From IMG/VR virus record IMGVR_UViG_3300017963_000254, positions 1 to 64,000 of that record: a stretch of 64,000 bases of DNA. The stretch is one strand, 5' to 3'. Of this stretch, positions 54,001 through 62,181 are shown one piece after another. Both the position numbers and the translations under genes were made by a program. Source of the stretch: a virus. The notes beneath the pieces were generated by a model. It ran no database searches, was not told where the DNA came from, and was given only the letters and a program-made list of their open reading frames with translations. Every line of letters starts with the position of its first letter. Positions within the stretch are counted from its first letter, which is position 1.

Positions 54001-56006
54001 ACGCGTACGTCGGGCTCGACAGCACCAGCATCAAGCTGCTGCGACAAGTCCAGGTCGTGCTCCTGGGATTCGGTATCAAATCGAAGCTCTACCTGAACCG
54101 TGGCGGTGATGACACGAAGGCGATGCCGGACGGACGCGGCGGTCTCAAGGACTACGAGACCAAGCCCCGGCACTCGCTCAGGATCAGCCGCTCGTCTCGG
54201 GTGGTGTTCGAGCAACGGATCGGATTCTCCCCGATGAGCCGGAGGCAGGGCGCCCTGGAGGAGATGAACCAGACGGTCGGCGCCTATGCCGACAAGATGA
54301 TCGATGCTTTCGAGGAGCTGGAACCGCTCGGCACTGAGGAAGTCTTCGACCTGCGGGTGCCCGCAGCGGCGCAGTTCGTGGCCAACGGCGTCCACGTTCA
54401 CAACTGCGGCGAGTACGGCTTCGTGGACGAGTCGGCCTGCAACCTCGCCAGCCTGAATCTGGTCAAGTTCCTCCGGCCAGATGGCTCGTTCGACACCGAG
54501 AGCTTCCGACGCGCGTGTCGGATCTTCATCCTCGCCCAGGAGATCATCGTCGATTACGCGAGCTACCCGACGAAGAAGATCGCCGAGAACAGCCACCAGC
54601 TCCGGCCCCTCGGGCTCGGCTACGCGAACCTCGGCGGCCTGCTCATGCGGCTTGGCCTGCCCTACGACAGCGACGACGGCCGCGCAGTCTGCTCGGCCGT
54701 CACGGCGCTCATGGGAGGAACCGCCTGGGAGATGTCGGCGGAGATCGCCGCGAAGGTCGGCTCGTTCGCCGGTTTCCCGTTCAACCGGGATTCCATGCTC
54801 CGCGTCGGCAAGATGCACCAGGACGCGCTCGACGACTTACCCCAGTGCCCGATCCGCGACGAGGCGAAGCTCACCTGGGAGCGCGCGCTGGACCTCGGCC
54901 GCGAGCACGGCTTCCGCAACGCGCAGTTGTCCTTGCTCGCCCCCACGGGAACCATTTCGTTCCTGATGGACTGCGACACGACGGGGATCGAGCCGACCTT
55001 CGCGTTGATCACTCAGAAGAAGCTCGCCGGCGGCGGCATGATGAAGATCACCAGCGGCGCGGTGATCGAGGCGCTCCAGACGCTCGGCTACTCGCCGGAT
55101 GAGCAGCGCGCGGTGGCCGAGTACATCGACGACAACGGGAAGATCGAGGACGCGCCGCACGTCAAGCCCGAGCACTACCCCGTATTCGCGTGCGCCACCG
55201 GCAGCAACGCGATCTCACCGGCCGGACACCTCGGGATGATGGCCGCCGCGCAGCCGTACCTCTGTGGCGGGATCTCCAAGACGTGCAACCTGCCGGAGAC
55301 GGCGACCGTCGAGGACATCGAGCGGCTCTACATGGACGCCTGGAAGATGGGGCTCAAGGCGGTGGCCGTGTTCCGTGCTGGGAGCAAGGGCTGCCAGGTG
55401 CTCACGTCGGGCCGGAAGAAGCGTCAGCCGGACGAGCCGGAGGCCGAGAAGGCGCAGGATGAGCAGGTCCGCGCGCGCCGCCGCCGCCACCGTCTGCCGA
55501 AGCGGCGGACTGGCTTCACCCAGGAAGCGACGATCGGCGGTCACAAGGTCTACCTGCGAACCGGCGAGTACGAGGATGGCTCCCTGGGGGAGATCTTCAT
55601 CGACATGCACAAGGAGGGAGCGACGTTGAGGAGTCTCCTCAACACGGTCGCCATCTCCATCTCGCTGGGGCTCCAGCACGGGGTGCCGCTCGAGGAGTAC
55701 GTGGACGCGTTCACGTGGACGCGGTTCCTGCCGGCCGGTCCGGTCGTCGGCCACGAGCACGTCAAGACGGCGACCTCGATCATCGACTACATCTTCAAGG
55801 TGCTTGCGGTCGAGTATCTCGGCAGGCATGACCTGGCTCACGTACACCCGCTCAAGAACAAGGGCGACAACAACGGGCAACCGCCGCCTCCGATAAACGG
55901 AGCTTCGCGCGAGGCTCAGATCTGTCCGCGCTGCGGTGGCCTGACGCAGACGAGCGGAACGTGCAGCGTGTGCGTTTCGTGCGGGGAGACCACAGGCTGC
56001 TCCTAA
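51075..56006 (+). CDS. nrdJ: Class II (adenosylcobalamin) ribonucleotide reductase with two inteins
   Basis: FNSPVLFN, PQSSA|CFI, GSGTG, TNP|CGE, ACNLASLNL, LAPTGT, ISKTCN, C-terminal TSCPD-like domain and Zn ribbon. Confidence 0.95.
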   Translation: MSPALSAASANTSAVQLKPYFTDTDDPFEGVEWDRRRAVIQNTDGSVVFEMDDVEVPASWSQRATDIVVSKYFRKGGVPETRTEKSVRQVVHRIASALASSGQQQGYFSATTARVFYRELAYLLVNQVGCFNSPVLFNVGLAEIYGIKGESAGNWAWVESLNEAVQTSDGYSRPQSSACQPYHSLVLTERGLMPIGRIVEENAVGLRVHDGAGWTEVKATKDNNTKLVYKIQLADGRQVEATADHLVCAHTQRRKKTEEWVPVGDLQPGMYMRACVKAEEAAWDTRTASVADVAKAALAGWLQTDGYVGQPESAASLIVEFETINEQERNWVLQHLPVVFGDAHYNVIDVETDDPKVDYKRIRLYGEHLRPFVDDYGLMVRNPSQVVPQRVLTGTPTEQVAYLRSVFQADGYVSLRRSAALVAVSKCSRKMMQGVQQILARLGVYARLRRAEEKRAGRHDRWVVAIANLSERERFADLIGFIAADKQAKLDESLDLDGKTCPPVRYVPVESIACVGERRVYDIQTGTGKYLCGDVLVHNCFIRSVEDDLMSIAEGIKTEMRLFKWGSGTGTNFSRLRALGEPLSGGGSSSGVMSFLRAYDTAAGSVKSGGTTRRAAKMVILDADHPDVERFIDWKVQEEKKAKVLLAAGFSGGIDGEAYRTVSGQNANNTVRVTDGFMRAAEKGESWSTRFRTSGEVATKLEARRLLRKIASAVWECGDPGIQFHDTINRWNPTPNAGEIRATNPCVSGDTLVATADGLLPIRDLVGRAPRVVTTEGEQVATDVFSTGHKPVYRLRTKSGYSLKVTADHPIWAADRNCYVKAADLKPGNKLQLVEGRFGQESLPPALAEAIGYAIGDGCISGGVLMLTAGREGADFLGAVVETLNRHKQRLAAKSGDGRTGRPVSVVEVPTGWRVATEALEVVSMFSAHGVLDRGSEHKALTDLALRLDSPSIAALLRGLFTADGTVSCDGPGGKNAYVGLDSTSIKLLRQVQVVLLGFGIKSKLYLNRGGDDTKAMPDGRGGLKDYETKPRHSLRISRSSRVVFEQRIGFSPMSRRQGALEEMNQTVGAYADKMIDAFEELEPLGTEEVFDLRVPAAAQFVANGVHVHNCGEYGFVDESACNLASLNLVKFLRPDGSFDTESFRRACRIFILAQEIIVDYASYPTKKIAENSHQLRPLGLGYANLGGLLMRLGLPYDSDDGRAVCSAVTALMGGTAWEMSAEIAAKVGSFAGFPFNRDSMLRVGKMHQDALDDLPQCPIRDEAKLTWERALDLGREHGFRNAQLSLLAPTGTISFLMDCDTTGIEPTFALITQKKLAGGGMMKITSGAVIEALQTLGYSPDEQRAVAEYIDDNGKIEDAPHVKPEHYPVFACATGSNAISPAGHLGMMAAAQPYLCGGISKTCNLPETATVEDIERLYMDAWKMGLKAVAVFRAGSKGCQVLTSGRKKRQPDEPEAEKAQDEQVRARRRRHRLPKRRTGFTQEATIGGHKVYLRTGEYEDGSLGEIFIDMHKEGATLRSLLNTVAISISLGLQHGVPLEEYVDAFTWTRFLPAGPVVGHEHVKTATSIIDYIFKVLAVEYLGRHDLAHVHPLKNKGDNNGQPPPPINGASREAQICPRCGGLTQTSGTCSVCVSCGETTGCS
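51609..52691 (+). mobile_element. Intein NrdJ-1 (361 aa), LAGLIDADG
   Basis: Starts CQPYHSLV, ATADH, LAGWLQTDG, SVFQADG, ends DVLVHN|C. Confidence 0.93.
53310..54404 (+). mobile_element. Intein NrdJ-2 (365 aa), LAGLIDADG
   Basis: Starts CVSGDTLV, VTADH, IGYAIGDG, RGLFTADG, ends GVHVHN|C. Confidence 0.93.
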
Positions 56007-56033
56007 TTCGGTCGTAGGGCCGGTTCACGGATA

Positions 56034-56065
56034 GGCCGCTGGGCCGCTGGGCCGCTGGGCCGCAG
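56034..56065. repeat. Tandem 8-mer (GGCCGCTG)x3 plus one near copy
   Basis: Directly visible in intergenic region. Confidence 0.85.
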
Positions 56066-56082
56066 GTTGTTACTATCGGCGT

Positions 56083-56736
56083 ATGAACGAAGCGCTCATG
56101 GCGGCCTTTATCGCGATGGCCCTCGCGCTGGTCGAGGGCTTCAAGTACGCCATCGGCCGGCTCAAAGAGCGCGACGCCGAGAAGAAGGCCCAACAGCAGG
56201 CCGAGCAGGACAAGAAGGACCGGAAGGACCGGAAGGTTCTAAGCCCAGAGGACAAGCTGAACAGCATCCTCGAGCTGGTGTCCGCTGTCCGAACAGAGAG
56301 CGCGGACCTTCACAAGTGGCACGCCGTGGAGGACCCCGCCCAACCAGGCGTGAAGCTCTGGTGGAATACCGAGAAGCAGCAGGCGCTCCAGCTGGAGATC
56401 GACGAGAAGATCGACTCGCTGACAACGATGCTCTCGAGCATGAGAGAGGTCCATCGGACGTGCAACGAGAGCCAGGTCGGCTTCATTCAGAGGATGCGGG
56501 ACGAAAACGAAGCACTTAGGAAGCGCATCGACGAGTTGCACGAGCTTCGAGTGGTTGACCGAGATACGCTGTATGAGCGTGTCATCGGTGTTACTGAGTC
56601 TTTCTCTCGGCGGATCGAGGAGGGAATCTCCGGCACTGGGACTGGATCAGGAAGCGGACCTGTTGATAGCACGGCTACCACTAGGTTCACGAGGCCACAG
56701 CCACCTTCGGGCGAAGATAACGGGGAAGAGGTGTGA
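56083..56736 (+). CDS. N-terminally membrane-anchored coiled-coil protein
   Basis: Hydrophobic N-terminus then coiled coil; TACTAT 6 nt before ATG. Confidence 0.65.
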   Translation: MNEALMAAFIAMALALVEGFKYAIGRLKERDAEKKAQQQAEQDKKDRKDRKVLSPEDKLNSILELVSAVRTESADLHKWHAVEDPAQPGVKLWWNTEKQQALQLEIDEKIDSLTTMLSSMREVHRTCNESQVGFIQRMRDENEALRKRIDELHELRVVDRDTLYERVIGVTESFSRRIEEGISGTGTGSGSGPVDSTATTRFTRPQPPSGEDNGEEV

Positions 56737-57026
56737 GTATGACCGTTCAGCCGCCGACCAAGCGTGAGCCCACCAAGAGCGAATCCGGGCGAGAGCGCGA
56801 GCTGCAAGATCGGCTGCGGGCGGCCGAGGCGCGTCTCGTCCAGACGGCGGTCAAACTCCTCAAGCACGCGAAGCGCGAGGACGTCGTACGCCAGGTGGTG
56901 TTGGAGGCCGCCGGCGAGGTGTCACCGATGAACGGCAACTCGCCGGTGCATGACATCGTTCCGTTCTGGGCTGACCTGTCGGACACCCAGAAGCACAAGG
57001 TTGGCGGGATACTGCGCGACGTCTAA
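56733..57026 (+). CDS. Hypothetical protein
   Basis: GTGA overlap. Confidence 0.55.
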   Translation: MSMTVQPPTKREPTKSESGRERELQDRLRAAEARLVQTAVKLLKHAKREDVVRQVVLEAAGEVSPMNGNSPVHDIVPFWADLSDTQKHKVGGILRDV

Positions 57027-57637
57027 GCGCGGCGCTTCCGCCGCCTCGTTCCGAGGATCTCGAACGCCTCGTCGCTGACCGCCTCCTCCAGATCGACTGG
57101 TAGCCGCCGCAGCAGTCCCTTGAACTCGCGCTTGAGCACCGTGTTCTCGTGCTCCAGCTCCCTGAGCCGCGCGGCCCACTCGTTCTCGCGCTGGACGCTG
57201 TCCTTGACCTCGAGCGATGGGGCCAGGTCCCGGAGGAGCTGCTTGTAGGTGGCCTTCGAGAGCCTGCCGCGCCCGGACTTCCCGATGCGCTTGAGCACCT
57301 CGTCGTGAACGGCCTTCCGCTCGCGCACCTTGGGCACGCGCTCGAGAAGGGAGACGCCGCCGCTCCAGCCGAGGCGCTCCCAGATCGCCTTCTCGGGCAC
57401 GCTCTTGAGCGCCGAGATCATCCGGCGGGCCGTCTTGATCTTGTTGCTGTCGAGGCCGAGACCATCAGCTGGATCGGCCAGGAACTCCCGGAACTCGTCC
57501 GGGGAGGTGCAGTCCGTCCAGAGGCCCTGGTAGCCCTTGGCCAGGTCCCACTCGGCTCCGCCGACCTTCTTGATCGCCTTCGCGATCTTGGTCTTGTGGG
57601 TCTGGAACTTCTCCAGCTTGAATCGCGGTGTAGCCAT
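57023..57637 (-). CDS. Basic hypothetical protein
   Basis: GC3 bias on minus strand; promoter motif 6 nt upstream. Confidence 0.7.
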   Translation of the reverse strand: MATPRFKLEKFQTHKTKIAKAIKKVGGAEWDLAKGYQGLWTDCTSPDEFREFLADPADGLGLDSNKIKTARRMISALKSVPEKAIWERLGWSGGVSLLERVPKVRERKAVHDEVLKRIGKSGRGRLSKATYKQLLRDLAPSLEVKDSVQRENEWAARLRELEHENTVLKREFKGLLRRLPVDLEEAVSDEAFEILGTRRRKRRA

Positions 57638-57643
57638 GGTGAC

Positions 57644-57652
57644 GTTCTACCT
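57644..57652 (-). promoter_or_regulatory. AGGTAGAAC promoter-like motif, leaderless spacing
   Basis: 6 nt before ATG57637; TAG is the upstream stop. Confidence 0.6.
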
Positions 57653-59008
57653 CGCTCTTCTGTTTTCGGAACGCTCGTCCACCGTTCTGGGGACCAGCTC
57701 CGTTCGCAGGTACTTGAGATCCCGGGTGACCTCGTCCACGCGGGCGTCCAGCTCCGAGACCTGCTTGGATCCTTCGTGGCCGAGGGCATCTCGCAGTTCC
57801 CCGCCGGTCTCGATCTCCTCGACGAGGGTCTCTGCGATGCCGCTTACCACCTTGAGGCTCTCGAGCGCCGCCTTCAGGCGCTCGCGCACTCGGTGGGGAT
57901 AGAACTCCATGCCGTCCACGATCACACGGCCGTCGCCGCGCCGGCGGTCGACCGCCTGGGCGAGTCTGGGAGAGCGTTCGCTCTCCTCATCCTCCTCGTT
58001 GTTGTAGCCGTTGACGAAGAAGCCGAGATCGGCGAGGGACAGGTCGTGCTCGGCCAGGAGGCCCTCGACCTGGAGGATGGCTGCGCCGATCGCGTGGTAC
58101 TCGACGGGGGCGTCGATGCCGGCTTCGTAGGCCGCGCGCGCCGCGCGCTTCTCGAGTGGCGCCTCCCAGTCGCGCTCCTCCTCGAAGGGCGGCGCCAGGC
58201 CGACTACCTCGACCTGCCCGAGCGCGGACTTGATCGCCTCGTCTTCGCATGTCCGACAGAGCCGGCGGCCGTCCTGTTTGGATCGGACCTTACAGACGGG
58301 ACAGAGCATGTTCTCCAGGCGCAGCCGCTCCAGCTCGGCCTCGCGCTCCTCCTGCTCGCGCTTGATCCGCGCAGCCTCTTCCTCCGCCCGGCGCTGGCGC
58401 TCGTTCTCCTCTTCCTCCTGCACGATGATCTGGAGCGCGTCGAGCTGCGTGATGCGCTCGGCACGCTTCTGTTCGGCCTCATCGACGAATTCCTTGATCG
58501 CTAACGGGTCGTCGGTGAGCACGGCGCCGCACCGCTCGTGGTAGTGGACGATGTCGATCAGCTTCGCGACCGCGTTCGGGATCTTGCACCCGCCGCGCTG
58601 CCACGAGAGCACGTCTTCCGAGTCGAGGCCGCTCGCGCGGGCTACGCCGCGATGCCCCTCCTGGACCATCGCGCAGACCGCCTGCACGTCCTGGGCGTAC
58701 ATGATCCGCATGACGTCGGCGAGATTGACGTTGTCGTCCACGGCGCGAATGTAGACGTTCTCGATGCGGTCGCCCTTCCAGGCAACTGACGACTGGAACT
58801 CGTCCATGTCGGCGAGGAGCGAGAGAGCTGCCACGAGCCGCTCGGTTGCCGCTTTACGGTCGCTCCCATTGGTCTGACCGCAGGCGTGAAGGAGCGCCTT
58901 GACCTTGACGGTAATGAACCGGTGCGCGCCGACGTCCGTGGGCAGATCGAGGATGGTCCGGCGAACGGCGTCGGCGTCGAGGAAGACCGTCTTGGGGATG
59001 TCGCTCAT
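57647..59008 (-). CDS. Hypothetical coiled-coil / Zn-finger protein
   Basis: CPVC...CRTC; GAGGAG SD. Confidence 0.7.
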   Translation of the reverse strand: MSDIPKTVFLDADAVRRTILDLPTDVGAHRFITVKVKALLHACGQTNGSDRKAATERLVAALSLLADMDEFQSSVAWKGDRIENVYIRAVDDNVNLADVMRIMYAQDVQAVCAMVQEGHRGVARASGLDSEDVLSWQRGGCKIPNAVAKLIDIVHYHERCGAVLTDDPLAIKEFVDEAEQKRAERITQLDALQIIVQEEEENERQRRAEEEAARIKREQEEREAELERLRLENMLCPVCKVRSKQDGRRLCRTCEDEAIKSALGQVEVVGLAPPFEEERDWEAPLEKRAARAAYEAGIDAPVEYHAIGAAILQVEGLLAEHDLSLADLGFFVNGYNNEEDEESERSPRLAQAVDRRRGDGRVIVDGMEFYPHRVRERLKAALESLKVVSGIAETLVEEIETGGELRDALGHEGSKQVSELDARVDEVTRDLKYLRTELVPRTVDERSENRRAR

Positions 59009-59035
59009 GTCTTGTTCCTGCTCCTCACACCCCTG

Positions 59036-59044
59036 GTTTTACCC
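59036..59044 (-). promoter_or_regulatory. GGGTAAAAC promoter-like variant
   Basis: Intergenic, upstream of ATG59008. Confidence 0.5.
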
Positions 59045-59049
59045 AGGGC

Positions 59050-59616
59050 TCACTCGCGCTTCGGTTTCTTCTGGTCGGCGCTGACCTTCTTCGCGAACCG
59101 GATGCCGAGTTTCGTCATCCCGCGCTCCGCCTGCTTGACCACGGCCGGGCCGATGCCCGGCGTCTCGCTGAGCTGCCTCTTTGTCATGCCGGCCAGCTGG
59201 TTGATGGTCTTGATGCCGGCCTTCTTCAGGCGCCACGTGTAGCAGCTCTTGATGGGGAGGGATTCGATCGGCCGCCAGAACTCCGACAGCCGAGCATCAG
59301 GCGGTGGGGGTTCGGGAGTACCGAGCGACACCCTCGCCGAGCACTCGCTCGAGGTGACGGTGGAATGTGGGTAGCCGCTGGTCGTTGTGGCGCCTGACTC
59401 GCTGGCTGGTACAGGTATCAACCCCCGGATCATGCGCTTCTCGGCGCGATCGATCAGCTCTTCCATTCGACGTACGTGCTCGCCGATCTGGGCCGGCGAC
59501 TCGACCGCCATCTCCCAGGGCGTGTTTGGGTGGATCTGGAAGAGTCTCGCGATCAACCCGTTGTCCGAGATCACGTGGACGCCTCCCACTACGGCGATCG
59601 TGAGCTTGTGCTTCAT
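59050..59616 (-). CDS. Protein with C-terminal RNA polymerase alpha-CTD-like domain
   Basis: PIESLPI...RLKKAGIKTINQLAGMTKRQLSETPGIGPAVVKQAERGMTKLGI. Confidence 0.7.
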   Translation of the reverse strand: MKHKLTIAVVGGVHVISDNGLIARLFQIHPNTPWEMAVESPAQIGEHVRRMEELIDRAEKRMIRGLIPVPASESGATTTSGYPHSTVTSSECSARVSLGTPEPPPPDARLSEFWRPIESLPIKSCYTWRLKKAGIKTINQLAGMTKRQLSETPGIGPAVVKQAERGMTKLGIRFAKKVSADQKKPKRE

Positions 59617-59628
59617 CGGATATGCCTC

Positions 59629-59680
59629 CAGTGAGGTTCTACCCGGGTCTCCGTCGGCTGGTCCGGGTATAACCTCAGTG
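59629..59680. promoter_or_regulatory. Back-to-back divergent promoter motifs forming an 18-bp imperfect inverted repeat
   Basis: CCGGGTAGAACCTCACTG (minus, 59629-59646) versus CCGGGTATAACCTCAGTG (plus, 59663-59680). Confidence 0.7.
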
Positions 59681-59682
59681 AG

Positions 59683-60117
59683 ATGAGGGAAAAACTGACG
59701 TGCGACTGCGGCCGGAACATCCCGGTGATCGCGTTCTGGACGGCCCTCGCCCAGGAGAAGGCGCTGAGATGCACGGAGTGCCGGGCCAAGATCACCAGGC
59801 AGAGCCTAATCGATAGGGCCGACACCGGGCTGATCTACGCTCGCGTAGTACTTGCGATCTACCGGCAGCTGCTCCAGTTCGGCTGGACCTCGTCGGACGT
59901 GATCACCAACGCTGTGCCGCACGCCGACGACGGCCAGGCGCTCGGCGGCCTGCTCGCCGGCCTGGTCCGCGCGGGACTGATCCAGCGCGGCGATCCGCCA
60001 CCATCCGCATCATCGGCCTTCGCTGGCCTCGTTTCAGTTCCATCGAGCCCGGTCTTCGTGCCGGGGCCGATGTTCCCCGCGCAGGAGGATGAGAGTGTCG
60101 GGAGCCACCAGAGCTAA
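59683..60117 (+). CDS. Zn-ribbon plus wHTH-like protein
   Basis: CDCG...CTEC; similar N-terminal spacing to ORF 11787. Confidence 0.55.
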   Translation: MREKLTCDCGRNIPVIAFWTALAQEKALRCTECRAKITRQSLIDRADTGLIYARVVLAIYRQLLQFGWTSSDVITNAVPHADDGQALGGLLAGLVRAGLIQRGDPPPSASSAFAGLVSVPSSPVFVPGPMFPAQEDESVGSHQS

Positions 60118-60556
60118 CCAGACGATCCGAGACGCGCTGCGATGCCCAAAGTGCGGCCAGCGCGGCAAGATTCGGCCCTCCGCGTCCGGCGCACACGATC
60201 CGGGCGTCTCGATCCGGCTGGCCTGCGCCGACTGCGGGATGCTCGGCACGTTCGTGCCGCCCGACCCTGTCGCCTGGAGCATGATCCTGCCAGCTGATGC
60301 GGTCGAGAAGATCCAGGCGTTCCTCGACAACAGCGGCCTGCCCGAGAACGCGGTGGACCTCCTCGCGACGATGCGCCGGAAGGACGAGCGGGTCGAGGAG
60401 CTGGAGGCGGAGATCCGGCAGATCGCCCAGATGGTCCACCAGGCGTACCACGGCGGCCGGCCGCCCGACGACCTCTGCGACGTGACGTGGGACAAGTGCG
60501 CGCTCGGGATCTGCCGCCGCGCTCAACACGTCCTGGGGGTGAGCGACGATTCGTGA
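60089..60556 (+). CDS. Zn-ribbon hypothetical protein
   Basis: CPKC, CADC; NAVDLLATM motif variant. Confidence 0.6.
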   Translation: MRVSGATRANQTIRDALRCPKCGQRGKIRPSASGAHDPGVSIRLACADCGMLGTFVPPDPVAWSMILPADAVEKIQAFLDNSGLPENAVDLLATMRRKDERVEELEAEIRQIAQMVHQAYHGGRPPDDLCDVTWDKCALGICRRAQHVLGVSDDS

Positions 60557-61080
60557 TCATCACGGAGCTGGGGCCGTGGAACCTCAAGGACCACCTGGAT
60601 GAGTCGATGGTCGCGGTCGGGGTGCTCGAGAACATCCGGTGCCCGGAGTGCGATCGACAGGCGCGAGTCGGCTGGAAGCGAGTGGGCGTCTCCTCGACCG
60701 AGTTCTACTGCGTGGACTGCGGCTACCTCGCGACGTTCGCTGGCACCTTCGAGCTGGAGACGGTCATCCCGTCAGGCATCTGCATGGCCGACCATGTTGG
60801 AGGACTGTCGTTGATAGCGCAGACGAGGCTCACCGAGGCGCGGATCGGTCAGTCGGCCGTGGACAAGCTGGCGAAGATCGCCTACGACGATCTGGTCGGG
60901 AAGCTCAAGCCGCTCATCGTGCGGCAGGACGAGCTGGAGAAGGCGCTCGAGGAGCTGGCGCAGTTCCGGCACCAGCGGCACGTCGTGCAGACGCACATCG
61001 ACGGCTGGCGCGATTGCTGGAAGCCGGAGTGCAAGCGGATGCAGAATCTCTTTGCGGCGAGGGTGGAGATCGATGAGTGA
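60553..61080 (+). CDS. Zn-ribbon hypothetical protein with SAVDKL motif
   Basis: CPEC, CVDC; QSAVDKLAKI; GTGA overlap. Confidence 0.6.
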   Translation: MIITELGPWNLKDHLDESMVAVGVLENIRCPECDRQARVGWKRVGVSSTEFYCVDCGYLATFAGTFELETVIPSGICMADHVGGLSLIAQTRLTEARIGQSAVDKLAKIAYDDLVGKLKPLIVRQDELEKALEELAQFRHQRHVVQTHIDGWRDCWKPECKRMQNLFAARVEIDE

Positions 61081-61441
61081 CGACCCGCTTCAGATCAGCG
61101 TGAGCTACCCGATGGACGGTCTGCCGAACAAGAACGGCCGGGTCTATCCCCCCGAGCTGTTCAAGGAGGCGATGGAGAAGGCCGTGCGCGAGGGCAAACT
61201 CAAGGTCGAGATCGGTGGCCAGTGCGAGCCGTGGCTGAAGAACAAGCCGATCTCCCTCGGCGGCAAGCGCTTCGTCAATCCCAAGATGCAGATCGAGAGC
61301 ATGGACCTGGGACCGGACGGGCTACAGGCCGTGGTCCGCGTCGAGGAGCAGGCGGGAGCGGTGGATCAGCTGGCGTCGCTCGCCGACGAGGACGAGTCGA
61401 AGTCCAGCTCGGTTTCCGAGGGCGACGGCCAGACGCGCTGA
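61073..61441 (+). CDS. Truncated T4-gp21-like prohead protease homolog
   Basis: PNKNGRVYP motif; no catalytic His/Ser motifs visible; GAVDQLASL near C-terminus. Confidence 0.5.
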   Translation: MSDDPLQISVSYPMDGLPNKNGRVYPPELFKEAMEKAVREGKLKVEIGGQCEPWLKNKPISLGGKRFVNPKMQIESMDLGPDGLQAVVRVEEQAGAVDQLASLADEDESKSSSVSEGDGQTR

Positions 61442-62175
61442 AACCCGTAGCCGCGCTCGGACACCACGAGGATGTAGATGCGGCCGTTGATCCGCGCTCG
61501 GTAGAGCGCTTCCCCGTTCTCGTGGAAGCGTCCGTCGTAGCCGGGCGCCTGGCATCCGGCGACCTTCAGAGCGGTCTCCAAGACCTCATCCAGCATCTCG
61601 AGCCGGCGGGATAGCGCGTCTCGGTAGTCCCGAGCAGCGTCGAACTCGTCTCCCAGCGCGATCTCCTCTGGCCGCGCGATGGCGGTCAGCCGGTCGATCG
61701 CGCTCGTCAGGCCCTTCCGATCGCCCCACTCCTCGAGCGTGTATGTCTCGCTGTTGCCCCGATCGTCCCACTCTGTGAACTGCCGCTCGTGGCTCGACCA
61801 GTGTCGGTGGTAGATGCGGCCGAGCGCTTTCGATCGCTCCCAGACGTCTTCCCAGACCGGAAGCGCGACCTCGTAGAGCCGCCGGGCGATGCGCCATCGA
61901 AGCGCCTCGATCCGCCGGACATCGTTGAGCTTGTCGCGGCGAACGAGCCAGGCAGCGCGGTAGCCTGACTTCCCGATCTCGGCGTACCAGCGGCCGATCA
62001 CGCGCTTGCGCCGGTAGACGCTCCCGTCGTCGGCTAGCTGGGTGCGGTGGCCGTAGTCCTCGATCGGCAACATCCCGTGGACGCTTCCGTCGTCCCGGAT
62101 GATGCCGACGTACGGGTAGATGGAGCGCTTGTAGTCCTGTAGCTCGCGGTTCGTTCGGAGTGCGGTGGCTGTCAC
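61366..62175 (-). CDS. Hypothetical protein with SAIDRL motif
   Basis: GC3 bias on minus strand; TSAIDRLTAI. Confidence 0.7.
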   Translation of the reverse strand: MTATALRTNRELQDYKRSIYPYVGIIRDDGSVHGMLPIEDYGHRTQLADDGSVYRRKRVIGRWYAEIGKSGYRAAWLVRRDKLNDVRRIEALRWRIARRLYEVALPVWEDVWERSKALGRIYHRHWSSHERQFTEWDDRGNSETYTLEEWGDRKGLTSAIDRLTAIARPEEIALGDEFDAARDYRDALSRRLEMLDEVLETALKVAGCQAPGYDGRFHENGEALYRARINGRIYILVVSERGYGFQRVWPSPSETELDFDSSSSASDAS

Positions 62176-62181
62176 ACCACC

